Origin: the human T2T-CHM13v2.0 reference genome, Homo sapiens
Reading direction: 5' to 3' (one strand)
DNA length: 64,000 bases
NCBI RefSeq assembly: GCF_009914755.1
Contig: NC_060935.1
In this document: positions 1-14,231 of the stretch, piece after piece
Layout: each line of letters starts with the position of its first letter
Numbering within the stretch: position 1 is the stretch's first letter
Notes under the pieces: model-generated
Databases searched by the model: none
Told to the model about the DNA's origin: nothing
The model's input: only the letters and a program-made list of their open reading frames with translations
Position numbers and translations under genes: made by a program

Positions 1-155
1 TAGGTGGTATTATTTCCATTTTTCAAACGAGAAAAATGCGACCCATAGAGATTAAAAACCTCATCCAACTTCACACAGGGAGTGGCAGTTCCAGGCTTCA
101 AGTGCAGGCAGTTTGGATTAAAAATCTGTGCCCTTAACCACAACATTATGCTGCC
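1..155 (-). mobile_element. MIR SINE fragment
   Basis: Reverse-orientation MIR core (TATTATTTCCATTTT...AGGCAGTTTGGATT...TGCCCTTAACCAC...ATGCTGCC). Confidence 0.75.
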
Positions 156-984
156 GATGAGGACCTCTCGCTTTAATCTGAATCAGAGTCAGCCAAAGAA
201 AATAGTAGAGTAAGCAGGTCCTAGACAGTTAACACATAACATTATACAGCTATGGGCAGTCCCAACAGTTCCTGAAAGGATTAAAAAAAAGAGAACCAGT
301 CACAGATCCAAATATTTCAGCTTTAGAAATTTATTTCAGCATGGACATCTGAGTCCTGCAGCTGCTGTGTATGGTCTTTTGTGTGATCACAGGTGTTGGC
401 TGTACTATGAGAGCACATAATGGCAGATGACAAGGCAAGCATAGTAGGGACTGCCAGCCCCAGGAGGTAATGCCAAGTTTAATACTGAAAGTAAAACATA
501 TGCATGTGCCAGTTTTCTTCTAAATGCATTTATATTGAAGAAAAACAAAGCTATCTTCTAAAAAAAAACATCTGTGTATGGATAAAGGATGATATTGGCA
601 TAAAAATAGTAGCACTTAAAAATTAAGATTTGGTTTAAAAACTGGAGAAAATAAAGTGATAAAATCAGGCAGTCACATCAAGAAACAATCATTTGAGGAT
701 GAAATCAACAACAATCAGCAGCTACATATTTCAAGTTTTGGAAGTCAAAGCATTGCTTCAGTTTTCACGTAAAAAAAATCTTTCAAAAAAGGAGAAGAAA
801 TAAATTATACTCAGTACCTTTTCACAAATAGAACTCACCTGCTACTTTTCTATTAGCAGGTGGCTTATGTGAATCAGTATGAATGAGTGACGTTTTGGGG
901 AAAGGGGGTGTTTGTCTATTGAAATTTCACACATAGTAGGAAGGTGAGGGCCTTCCTACTATGAGTTAAGTTGTTCCATTGGAT

Positions 985-2020
985 TAAACAAATGTTCATA
1001 GATTATTTGCTATGTGTACCATGCTGGGAAAAATCCATATATAAACTATAGACTTAGCAAAGAGAAAACAGAACACAAATCTCATGAATGTTAAGCATAC
1101 TAAGTAAGTAACATAAGGGAAGTACAAAGAAGACCCCATATCAGATTTGAGACTATGGTTCTAAGTAGGAGGTAGAATTTGAATTAGTACCTAAGACTTA
1201 ATATAGCCTTTCAATTAGAAGAAAGGAAAGGCATTCCAAGGAGAGGAAGTTGAAATAGAGTAGAAGAGGTGAAAAGCTAGGGATCAACATTCATGGAAAG
1301 TAGTCCACATTGTCTGAGACACATGCTCAGTAACTTGAGAAGCTTGAATTCTAGTAAGAGAATTATGAAGCAAGGGTCAAGGACTAGGTCTTGGTCTGGC
1401 TCTCCAGACCTGGGCCAGTGACTGGCATATAATAGGTGTTCCATTAAAGTTAGGTGAAATGAAATGGCAGGCTTCTGTACAGATAACCATACAGCAATGT
1501 AAAACTGTGTTCTGATTGAGGCACATGCAAGACTGTGCAGAGTTACAGAAAAGGCAAATCATTTTGCTTAGAGAGTAAGGGGAGGCTTCAGAAAGGGTAA
1601 TATTTGGGCTGAGTAGATCTTAAAGACTAAGATTTCCAGATGATGTGGAGGAAAAAGGGTGTTTCATAGAGAGAACAGTGTACCCATGAGTATGATATAT
1701 TATGCAAATGGTAAGTAACTCATTATGGCTCAAGAAGAGAGGGAGTGGAATGGAGGATACTTTGAGGGAGAATGGGGCTGACAAGTTTGTTTGGGACACT
1801 TGAGAACAGATAATGTCAGATAGTGAATATCCCACCTGAAAATTTGAATTCTGTGCTCTAGATGGGGGGCAGGGGGTACCAAGAGTTATTTTAAAGTACC
1901 CATAGTGACAGGACGAAAGTTCGTCTTTCAGAATTATAACACTAAAGCAGTATGGAGGATGAACCAGAGGTGGGAAGAGTCTGCAGGCAAGAAAAACTAA
2001 CCAGGAAAGTCACAATGTGA
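985..2020 (-). mobile_element. L2 LINE 3' region, degraded
   Basis: Purine-rich L2-like motifs (ATTTGCTATGTGTACCATGCT, GAAAGGCATTCCAAGG, GCAGTATGGAGGATGAA). Boundaries approximate; probably several pieces. Confidence 0.5.
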
Positions 2021-2859
2021 CACATGAACAAGTGAAAATGAGCATAGTAAAACCCACATATGTAAATGCTAAGTAGGTGTCAATTACATGAGTCATCAAA
2101 ATAGCCTGGCTTTAGTCAAAGTTTATCATTTGGATTTGGAGCCAAATCTTATTTTAGAGATATTTTTCCCCTAATTTAACTTAAAAGTAACAGAAACAAG
2201 ATATAGACTACTAGTTACTTTAACTCATGGATTTCTACACCTACTGTATATTTCCATATGTACTAAAGGTGCTAGTAACAAGATCAATGCTACATTTTCC
2301 TTATGTCATAACATATCCTTTATATTACTTTTTGGTGTGTTTAAGTGATACATACATAGAATATGGATGATTTAGTGCTCTAATTTGCTATTCAACTTTA
2401 TAGTCCCCCTAACATCGTGATGCAAGGAGAGTTTCACCTGTGGTGACACCTTGTTTGTATCCTAACGTCCCCAGTTTGAAAACAGACTTTACTTGTGGGT
2501 ACATTTTTATTTGGTTGTTTAACTCTGCAGAATTTTGCAATTTTACAAGGGAAGAAAATTCATTCTTAAAAGTCTCGTGTTTAATATAAGAAATGTGTTG
2601 GTCAATATCTTTTTCCATTTATGATGCATATTTTTGCCAAACTATATATTTTCTTTCTTAGTTTCTCAACATATGTTTGTGTAAGTTAAATAAGTTTGGA
2701 TACTTGGTCAAACTTTCTCAGCCTTCCACTTCACTCACCCAAAATAAACGCAAAATTTATTTTAAGCATTTCAATATATGGTTTAAGAATATCCTCCCAT
2801 TTAACATTAGTTTTAAATAAACCAAATCATCCAATTTCCTCCTATTTTCCAGTTGCCAA

Positions 2860-3770
2860 GTAGTTCTGGAGAAAAGCAAAAAACGGGATCACTTTGTTCC
2901 ATTACACTGACTGAGACTCTCATTTCTTCTGAACAATTCTTCTACCTATCCCTAGTTAAAACCTACTTTTCCCCAAAGCCCATATTCCAAAGATTTTTCC
3001 AATTTTCACAAATATCAGCTGGACTTTCTCTACCCTTTTAATTCTCTATGGATTAGCCTATCTTTACTAAGACCATTTAACATAAGCCCTTCAGTGTTCT
3101 AAAAACATCAAAATGCTCTGAACATTCGTCCATCCATTCCCTCCTATGTTCTTCCTGCCATCAAGAAATAATTATTCCCTTCATCCAAGGCTGACTCTCC
3201 AAATGAGACCATATTTTCTTTCATAGTCGAAGATGTTTTTCTTTAATTATGTGTACTCCCTCCTTAACCTTAAGTTTCTCCTCCTCCTCTGTCTATACAC
3301 ATGACTACACATATCCAAAATTTCCCCAACCTATGAACAATCAAATACCCTCTATAACTTGTACTCTCTTAAGCCACTATGCTAGGTTTTTCATTGCCAT
3401 ATTCATTGAAAGCATACTCTACAAAGCTTTTTCTGCATCTTTACTCCTTAATCCTTTGCCATTCTAGTTCTATCCATGCCCACTCTACAGAATTTAACCT
3501 CTTCAAAAACTAACCTTCCTTTGTCCAAAAGCTATTTTGCACTATTTTTTGAAACATTATGCTCCTATGATTATGTTCAATATTTCATGTTTTCTGCCTT
3601 ATATCCCTGACCGTAGACATAAGTATTCTCTATATTCAACCCTTATTACTCAACTCTGCTCTGTCAACATTCTCTTTGGGGACAATGCTATTTTTGCCCT
3701 TGCCCTAACTAAGATTTTGATATGAACCGTTCCCAAATCCCTGTCTCTATATGAGATCATGCTGGAGCTT
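2860..3770 (+). mobile_element. Probable L2 fragment
   Basis: Pyrimidine-rich degraded L2 ORF2-like sequence. Confidence 0.35.
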
Positions 3771-3849
3771 TTGTCCTTTTTGCAAACAAGTTTCTCTAAG
3801 AAGGTATAAGGGACATTTTTTTGTAAACCAGATATTGATTTACACAGTG

Positions 3850-5085
3850 TATATATGTTCGCTTATTCTTAGAAACTATGCACTGAAGTAATTAGGAGTA
3901 AAAAGTCATGATTTATGCATTTTGCTTCAGAAAAGAAGTACAGTTGACCTTTGAACAATATGATTTTGAACTACACAGGTCCATTACATGTAAATTTTTT
4001 AAATAATCATATTGGAAAATTTTTTGATTTGTAACAATTTGAAAAAACTTGCAGATGAACCATGTAGCCTTATATTTAGGCATGTTGTGAATGCCTAAAA
4101 TACATGTAAATACTAGTCTATTTTATCATTTACTACAATAAAATATATATAAATCTATTATAAAAATTAAAATGTATCAAAACTTACACACACACAGACT
4201 GTACATAGCTCCATTTGCAGTGGAGAGAAATGTAAATAAACTTAAAGATGCTGTATTAAATCATAACTGCATAAAATTGACTATAGTACATACTAATCCA
4301 CTGTAATAATTTCATAGCCACCTCCTCTTGCTAATGCAGTGAGCTCAAGCGTTGTGAGTATTCACTTGAAGCGACATGTGATGCTAATCATCTCTACCTA
4401 AACAGCACAACTCTCCACTAAATTGCCTATTGCAGTAAAAAGAGATTATTCACGATTCTCCATCATGTTTAGTGAATACCATAAACCCTGAATAACGCCA
4501 ACGTACCCGTGCCACTGGCAATGCTGGAAGTGCTCTCAAGAGGCATAGAAATGTCGTGACATTACAAGAAAAATTTGGATAGCTTGATATGTTCCATAGA
4601 TTGAGGTCTGCAGCCACAGTTGCTCACCAATTCAGACAGACAATTCATCTTCTAAACAGACAATGTAAGCTTACAGTATCGAGAAACACAGTACAATGTG
4701 GTAAATGTATTTTCTGTTCTCTATGATTTTTCTGATAACATTTTTTCTCTTTATTGAAAGAATATAGGATATAATGCATATAACATATAAAATATGTGTT
4801 AATCAATTTTGGAGGGAGTTAAAAGTCATACTCAGATTTTTAACTGAGTTGGGGGTGGGTGCCCCAACCGTCACGTTGTTCAAAAGTCAACTGTATATAT
4901 TATCCATAAAATGCACACACACATACACAAACATACACACACACACATATTTGCATATACTTATATATGTTTGTGTCCCTATTAACAATAGGTAAATTTG
5001 TGTAAAGAATATATACGTCTTTCTTGTATTATATTTATTTTTAAACTTTTCCATAAGTTAAAATTATTTCCAAATAAAAAATTAT
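3850..5085 (+). mobile_element. Old L1M 3' end split by the Tigger2 element
   Basis: CACTGAAGTAATTAGGAGTAAAAAGTCATG before the Tigger; AAATTATTTCCAAATAAAAA terminus after it. Confidence 0.55.
3941..4893 (+). mobile_element. Tigger2-family non-autonomous DNA transposon (Tigger2b-like, TcMar)
   Basis: TIRs CAGTTGACCTTTGAACAA (3941) and TTGTTCAAAAGTCAACTG (ending 4893). TA TSD at 3939-3940 and 4894-4895. Length 953 bp. Confidence 0.9.
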
Positions 5086-7119
5086 GAAAATGTGTGGGAT
5101 GTAACTAAAGTACAGAAAGAAAAGAAAATTTCATAGCTTTGAAGACATTTATTGTAAAACAAGAAAACTAATACAAATAAGCTAAGCTTTAACTCAAGAA
5201 GCTAAAAAAAGAGAGCGAGGGAAACATCTCAAGTCTAAACACAGCAAAATGAATTCAACAATGCAGATGAGGAGAGAAATGAATATACATGTTTACAAAG
5301 CCACAGAGAATTTTAAGCTACCCATTCATTGCTAAATAGTGTCAATTTCCTCCTCCACCTTCCCCTACTCCTCCTTCTCATTCTTTTTTTAAAAAATTAT
5401 TGACTTTATACATTAAATGTGCTTTTCTCCGTGTTTGTCTATTGAAATTTCACCTTCTTACAAGTACAAGGTACAGGTCCCTTCTTTGTCCTTAAGAGGG
5501 AGAAAGAAGAGACAAATCTAAAAGAAACATAGCAATGGTTCCAACCAAGGGGTTGAGCATCTATTTAAGAAAGGAACAAACAAAATAGCAGGTATATATT
5601 AATTTTCTATAAAACAAGCAACTAAATTGAAAAGAATTTAATGAACTGGCTTTATAATAACTGAATTCATAATTAATATTTAAATCTATAATGTTTATCC
5701 ATGAACTAATATAATATCAAATCCACACATATAATTAAAAATTATAGAGTTTTAAAATATTACCCTTGGTTTATACAGGAGTATCATTAGAAGTAGCCCT
5801 CCAGCACGCTGGGCTCTACGCATCTCTGTTCTTACTGCCAGCAAATCTGATCTACAGAGTATAACATGTATTTCCCAAGCACAGACAAAGCAAAAGGAAA
5901 AGGGCTAGGCAGGAGGTAGGGACACCAGCTGCTGGGGAAACAAGTCTTCAGCAACCTGGCTTGTGAGCCAATCAAGGTTGCTAAGGTAGGTCCTGGGCCT
6001 AAACAGGGTACATTTCCACCTGGTTGGGGAGAATAAAATGACAGATACCAAAAATTAACAAGATAATCTATGGTCGATAACAAATTGATACAATAAACCA
6101 TGAATTCTCTAAGAATTCAAAGAGGGCAAAAAAAAAAAAAGTAAGAGTATAATTAAAGTAATAAGTACTAATAAGTAATAAAAATATCATTAAAATATGG
6201 ATATATGGGATTTGAATATTATACCTAATGAATTTTAAGATATAAAATTAATTATGCTACAAAGAGAATAAATTTTTTTGTATATGTTTTATGGAACATT
6301 TATAAAAATTGACTATATATTAAGTACCATCAAAATTAGTAGATTACAGAAAAGTAAAAATTATAGAAGCCACATTTGCTAGTATAGTGATAAATAAATA
6401 TATGCTAATAGCAAAAATTAATCATTAGAAACAAAGATTTACATAAATATATTTTGAAATATAAAAAAAGAGCTTGAGGCAAAGAGGAAATCAAAAATTT
6501 AATATAAAACTATTTAAAAATAATGAAAAGAAACCAAAATAGCACTTTAAATAATGAATCACAGCCATACTGAGATATAAATTTATAGACTTAAAAAGTT
6601 TATTAAATAGTAAAAGATAAAAGTAAATCTACTACATGTAAAATAAAAACAGCACTTAAGATTTCTAAGAAAAGATGGAAATATGAAATAATAAAAGTGG
6701 AAATTGAAGGAATAGGGAAAAATGTATATCTTAATTTCAGGAACTTGTTTATTCAAAAGGCAAATATGTTTTAACATTCATCTTGAAGTAGTATTAATGT
6801 TTGAGGCTAATAAAAAGATGTAAAGGCATATTGGTGGTAGGAGAAATGTAAGCAGGGAGTAGGTGCCTTCTTACCAGATGTTACAATTTATAAAATAAAA
6901 ATATTCAACTCTATTCCTGATCCAAAATTTATAGCCCTATCAATAAAAGAGAATAAAGAAATGAATTATACTTAGGGATTTAGTACAAAATAAGGATGAC
7001 ATTTCAGGTCAGTTTGAAACTTTTGTATTACACAATAAACAGTGCTTAATCATTTGGTTATTTGAAAAAATAAAATTAAGTCCCTGCATTTTATCGACTC
7101 TCACAACACATTATCAATA

Positions 7120-7614
7120 TATATTAGTTTTCTATGGATGCTGTAATAAATTACTGCAAAGTCAGTGACTTACAACAGCACACATTTATTCTCCCTCAAT
7201 CCTGAACGTCAGAAGGAAAAATTAGTTTCGCTAGGCTAAAATTAAGGTGTTCGCAGGGCCAAGCTCCTTCTGGAGGCTCTAGAGTAAAATCCATTTCTCT
7301 GCCTCCTCAGGCTTCCAGAGCTCCATTCCTTGCATTCTTTGGTACTTGGCCCCTTCCTCCATCTTAAAGCCCAGCAGCCTAGCATCTTCAAATCTCTCCC
7401 AGCTCCATCTTCACATGCCTTCTCCTCTTGCATCCCTCTTACCAGGACAATTGTGACGACAGAGCCACATGGACAATCCAGGATAATCTCCACATCTCAA
7501 AACCCTTCATTTAATCACATCTCCAAAACACATATTTTTCACATAAGACAATATTCACAGATTCCAGGAATTAGGATCTGGATATTTTCAGGGACCATTA
7601 TTTAACTTACCATA
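7120..7614 (-). mobile_element. MLT1D-like MaLR solo LTR
   Basis: Runs TATATTAGTTTTCTATG...GCTGTAATAAATTAC to CTTACCATA, with typical CCTTCTGGAGGCTCTAG and ATCCAGGATAATCTCC; about 495 bp. Confidence 0.85.
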
Positions 7615-8329
7615 CAAAATAGTAAATATTGACATGTAAAATCTGAAGGCATGCTAAAGATACTATATATGCTTATTTATTTATGTAATGATGTATTTAT
7701 TTGGCCAAAGGAGATATGGCTAAGCACAAAAACAAAGGAAAAAATTTAAAGACAAAAATAGGCCTGAAAAAATTTTAATTTTCTGTATGAAAACAAAATT
7801 AACAGGCAAATGACAGCTAGGAAAAACCATTTCACTATATATGACTGGAAATAAATATAAAGTTTAATTACAAATCAACATGAAAAAATAAACCAAATTT
7901 TAAAAACAGACAAAAATATAAGCAGTCATTCCATAAAATAAAACATATGAACAGTCAACAGGTATATAGAATATTTTCAACCTTATATTAAATAGTTAAA
8001 AAGGTAAAATATTGTACCCTTGTCAGAAAGTACCTCTTTCTAATAATGACACCCAACTTTATCAAGCATTTAGAAAATAAGTCCCCTCAAATATCATCAA
8101 TGGTGACATTAATTTTCTCAATCTTTTTTGAGAAAATTTTGTAATACAGACTAAAACCTACATTAAGAACTTCCATTTGTTAGAATTTTGTTGTTAAAAA
8201 AAATCTGAAATTTGCATAAAGACATACTAAAAATGTAATGTAAATAAATATATTTATAATTTTTAATACAAAAGTAGATGCTATTTATTGAATACTCCAG
8301 CATATGCCAGCTTAGTATTTTGGAAATAG

Positions 8330-8490
8330 TACCTAACAATTTTATTATAAAATTATTTTTCCCATTTCGAAGATAAAGACATTGAGATTCAAAGAGGCTA
8401 GGGGAGTTGCTACAAATTACATAACTACTAAAGAATAAATCATTGTACACAATACACTAAAGATTGTGTAGTTTCATAACAAAATCTGCT
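8330..8490 (-). mobile_element. MIR fragment
   Basis: ATTATTTTTCCCATTTCGAAGATAAAGACATTGAGATTCAAAGAGG core. Confidence 0.55.
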
Positions 8491-8734
8491 CACTTCATTA
8501 TGATGTTAGGGCATTTATTACACTATTATTTATGGCAGCAAAAAAATACTTAAATATGCAACATCTGTATTTTAAAATCATATTTTACCAACATACTATG
8601 TAGAAAGGAATAATCGTATTTTCAAAAAAATTATATGAATATATCAAACTTGTTTCAACATTATTAAGAAGAAAAAATAGAACAGTATATTCTTTGTGAC
8701 ATATGTATGGAAAAATAGATAGTAAACAGAGAGA

Positions 8735-8870
8735 TTGATTCATAAAACAGATGGTTTATATTTGAATTCCAGGTCTACCACTAACCACATTGGATTATTA
8801 CAGAAATCAAGTGAGATAATTCATGTAAACTGTTTAGCGAGTGCCAGGTACATAGCAATGCTCAACAAAC
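8735..8870 (+). mobile_element. MIR fragment
   Basis: TTTGAATTCCAGGTCTACCACTAAC...GTGAGATAATTCATGTAAA...GTGCCAGGTACATAG. Confidence 0.6.
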
Positions 8871-10660
8871 ACATATATCTCAGATCTCACCTGCAGTCTC
8901 CCTAGTCCCTGAGGTCTAGATAGAAGTTCCTTGAACCACCATTTCCATGGTTTGGAAAGTCCCAAAGATTACTGCATTTAGTGTTGCATCTCTCCCCACA
9001 TAGCAGAGAGCCAGATGTGAAATTCCACCCTCACAAAGCATTTGTGAGTAGACTTTACTGAAATGCTTGGGGTCACAAACAGAGGTAACATCAAGCACCA
9101 CCAGTTTAAAACAAAAATTCCTGCTGCCTTTTCCTAAAAAGTATTTCTAATCTCAAACTGCATTTTGGATAAACCTATACCAAGATGTTCTACTACCATG
9201 ACACTAACAGGGAGTTCCCTTGGCCCTGCATGCACGTGGTACCCAGTTTTATCCAGGGAGAAGAGTGTGACTTCTTCTTGGAGGTTTTAGTGCCAGCCAA
9301 CACCAGCACATAAACACACACACACTCATGCACACACACGGAATGTTATAAATGAAAACCATGCTCCAAACGTCATTAACAGTGCTTACTTCTGCAATTG
9401 AGATTATGTAAGTGATTCTAATTTTTTTCTTCATACTTTATTTCACAATAGAGTTCTTCTTTAATGAACAGGTATTGCTCTTAAAATCAGGGGAAAAACA
9501 TGTTTTAAGAGAAAAAAAGTTGGTATGAAATAAATCTAAGAAAATATTCCTTCAAAGTGGATGATTTTTATTGTCATTTAGTTATATGCTTCAGTTAGCT
9601 AGAAATTTTTATTTACATGAGATGATTTGTGAAATTACCCAATAATGTCAGGCAAATGACAATATTCGAATATATCACTCCCAAATGAGATGAAACATTC
9701 TATGTATTTAATATTTATGTGTCTTTCCTTATATTCTTATATTTTATTTAAACAAAAGCTATAATCATCTTATTAAACTAAGTCCCATTCATTTTAACAC
9801 ATGACCATTCAAGAAAATCTTTAAAATTGTTTCAATGGTACCTAAAATAATAGATTGTTCAAACAATATATCTTTTCTATAAAAAATTTTGTGGATCTAG
9901 ATACCATCAAGATGAAGCCTAGGTTCATGGAAATATGGCAGAGATCCTGGAAAAGTTCAGCTTTTCCATTCCATTTCACACACTGAAGTGACAACCGTTC
10001 ATCTCAATCATTTTAATCTTAAAAATAATAGATGCACAATAACAACCAAAAAAATCACTTTTTATAATTATTCAGTTGAAACTAACAGAAACCCACTACA
10101 GCTAGCACTCAGGGTTACATCATAAATAGTATGTTCAAGAATGCAGAGACCTCAGAAAGAGACAGAGATCGAGAACTGAATGAAGAACCATCCGGGCCAG
10201 ACAGTAGGACCTTTTTGGTCCTACTTCTTCATTCTTCTACATTCTTCATATTTTCCTACAGTCCAGCTTCCCTGTATTGCAAGGGGGACTCAAAGATAGT
10301 CACTTTGCAGATACTGATTTAAATACTGAGATTAAACCAAACTGAACTGAACCAGGTAAAGTCCTTTCCATTTTTATTCCAAATTTCTAGAAAAAAAAAT
10401 TTAATTAGCTCAGATTTGGTAAAGAATTCTCCCTGTCCAAACAACTGAAGGCAGTGCTTTCCTCATGTGTAGTTTTCACCTATGCTTTTAAAGTCCTTCT
10501 AGCTTTTGTGACCTAGTATTATTTTATTATAAATACAGGGATTCAGTTAATGGATTGGACAGTCAGGGAAGGGGATCATTGCATGCTATGCACAAATCCC
10601 TAAACAGATCCTTGATGATTGCTTTTCTAGTTTAGTAAATGAGCATAAATAAAGCATTAA

Positions 10661-10975
<315 letters not shown>

Positions 10976-11044
10976 CCAACTAAGCATAGGAAGGCATTAT
11001 TAAAGATTAAATCAGTGTTGTATAGTATAGATAGTGTAGATCTT

Positions 11045-12083
<1,039 letters not shown>

Positions 12084-14119
12084 TAACTATAGAAGAATAA
12101 AATGTACATTTATATATAATATCTCACATATATAGATTATTATGAAAAATCAGTCATTTCCATTTAATGGTAGTTATGTCAAAGCTATGGAATCTTTCAG
12201 TGGGGGCATATCACACTGACTAGAGGAATTGCTTTAAAGGGTAAAAGTATTAAGATAGTGGAATTGTGGAACATTAAATAGTTCTCAAAGAGATAATTGC
12301 AACACACTGAACTTTAGGTGTACCCTGACTATCTGCTACAGTGGTCTCCTATGTATAATCTTCCCCCACGCTTTTAAGCCCTATTTTCGTTACCTAATGC
12401 TATTTCATTATTTAGAATGTACACTTTACTGCCTACTAAGAACAGGAAAAAAGGGGCCAAATTTATGGAATATTGATATGATTGACGTGTGATGCAGGCT
12501 CTGTTGTTAGTGCGGGAAAGAAAGGCAACAGACCTGAATAATAGAAACATGAAATATGCCAAGGACCCTGAGTATCTAATAATCTGATGAATTAAGTATA
12601 ATCTCTATTTTCTATAATGGAACTATTATTCAACATCACAAAGTATAGAGTACCTATTTCTGTCAATATGATCTGCATTCATGCAGGTAAATTCACTGGT
12701 TCTCTACAACACTGCAAAAGAAATTTAGCTCACATTTCACATTTTACTTTAAATGTTGCCCATAAAGATTTTTTAAAAATCTTATTTCATTTTTAGGTAT
12801 TGTATACAAAGGAGGACAAGACTAAAACTAAATATTCCAAGATGAATAAAAATTTTAATGTAGATATAAAGAAAAAAATTATTATTGCTGAAAGATAAAA
12901 ACCTCACTAGAAGTAATGCCACTGCCTTTTTGTTCTTATTATTTTCCAATTAATATATGAATTTGTATTAGAAGTTTTACAAGATGAAATGAAAGAAAAA
13001 TAATCGTAACCATATCATAGCCATAATTCAACAATGAAAATCATGCACTTTAGTCTGCAGGGAACTTGGCACACTCCAAACACGAACACTTCTTGTCTGC
13101 CTTTCAAAAATGTAATCATCTTATTCCTACAGGTTTGATTAAAGTGACAAAAGAAAAATAGCAGGATACTGTTGTGTCATGCCTTTCTTTCACACACACA
13201 CACATATCACAACTGGAGTCATTCAACCTCTAGCTCATGTCACTATTATCTAATTCATCTTTTCAGTTGCCATTTAGACTGACTCAAGTTCGCACAGTGA
13301 AGGACAAAATAATGACTAGACTTTTAAATTAGTTTCAAAACTGATCCTACATTCAAACTGCTAATAACTTCTGATCTTTATTTATACTAATTTATTTACA
13401 GGAACTTGAAAATTTGCATTTGTGTTTCCTAATTTAACATTTGCCACAAAACCCTTTGAAAATGTTAACATTAGTCAGATGTAATACATGTTTTCCCCCA
13501 GGACCCCATTCTGTCATATTGTTTCCCTGGTGTGTCTACAGGCCCACATCACAACCTGAAATTCTCTCACACAATGCTCCCATTCTTTTGTACAAGGACT
13601 CCAACAGAAGCATCTTATCTGTGGATGTCCTAGTTGTTTTACTGCCTTTATTTATTCATATATGCTCTTGTTCTTTTCTCTCCCACAATTTGAAGTCTAA
13701 ATTTTGTGGGTTTTTTAACCATAAGTTACGTTTCTACATAAGTAAATTGCATACCTATTTCCTTTTTATTTTGATTCACAATTTCTGGGGTACATTTTAT
13801 TTTATATTTTGATAATTCTGCTCATGGAAAACAAAAGGGAATGCATCTATATAGAGTACGTCTTAGTTCTTAAAGAAAAAAATTTACCTCATTGGTATTC
13901 GTTCAATTTATAGGTCGGTGTAATTGAATTTACAGTTCTTTTAACAATCATTTACAAACCCCACAAGAATCGGAGACACAAAAATATGCAGTGCAATGTC
14001 TGCTTACTTTTAAAGTTATAGTGAACGCAAGAGGAAATTATACCCAGATGGCCTAGAACAAGTGATTAAAAAGACACCCTACCACCACCCAATAAAAAGA
14101 GGCATTTATTTCTTCACTG

Positions 14120-14231
14120 CAGATTTGTTTATTTTACAATTAACAAAAGGGTATTAGGCTTTTTGAGTAATTTTGCTTAAGGATTCAGGGGAAACAGTAC
14201 CCCTTTGTTAATTGTAAAATAAACAAATCTG
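14120..14231. repeat. 34-bp inverted repeat (33/34 paired) with a 44-nt spacer
   Basis: CAGATTTGTTTATTTTACAATTAACAAAAGGGTA (14120-14153) pairs with TACCCCTTTGTTAATTGTAAAATAAACAAATCTG (14198-14231). Confidence 0.95.

Larger units (their letters stand above)
6120..8720 (+). mobile_element. Ancient L1M ORF2/3' remnants, interrupted by MLT1 and MIR
   Basis: A-rich degraded L1 ORF2-like text (e.g. GGAACATTTATAAAAATTGACTATATATTAAG, TTACAAATCAACATGAAAAAA). No open frame. Confidence 0.55.

Noticed and set aside
9227-9239. CTGCATGCACGTG also present near 48269
   Set aside because: Shared 13-mers are expected by chance in 64 kb.
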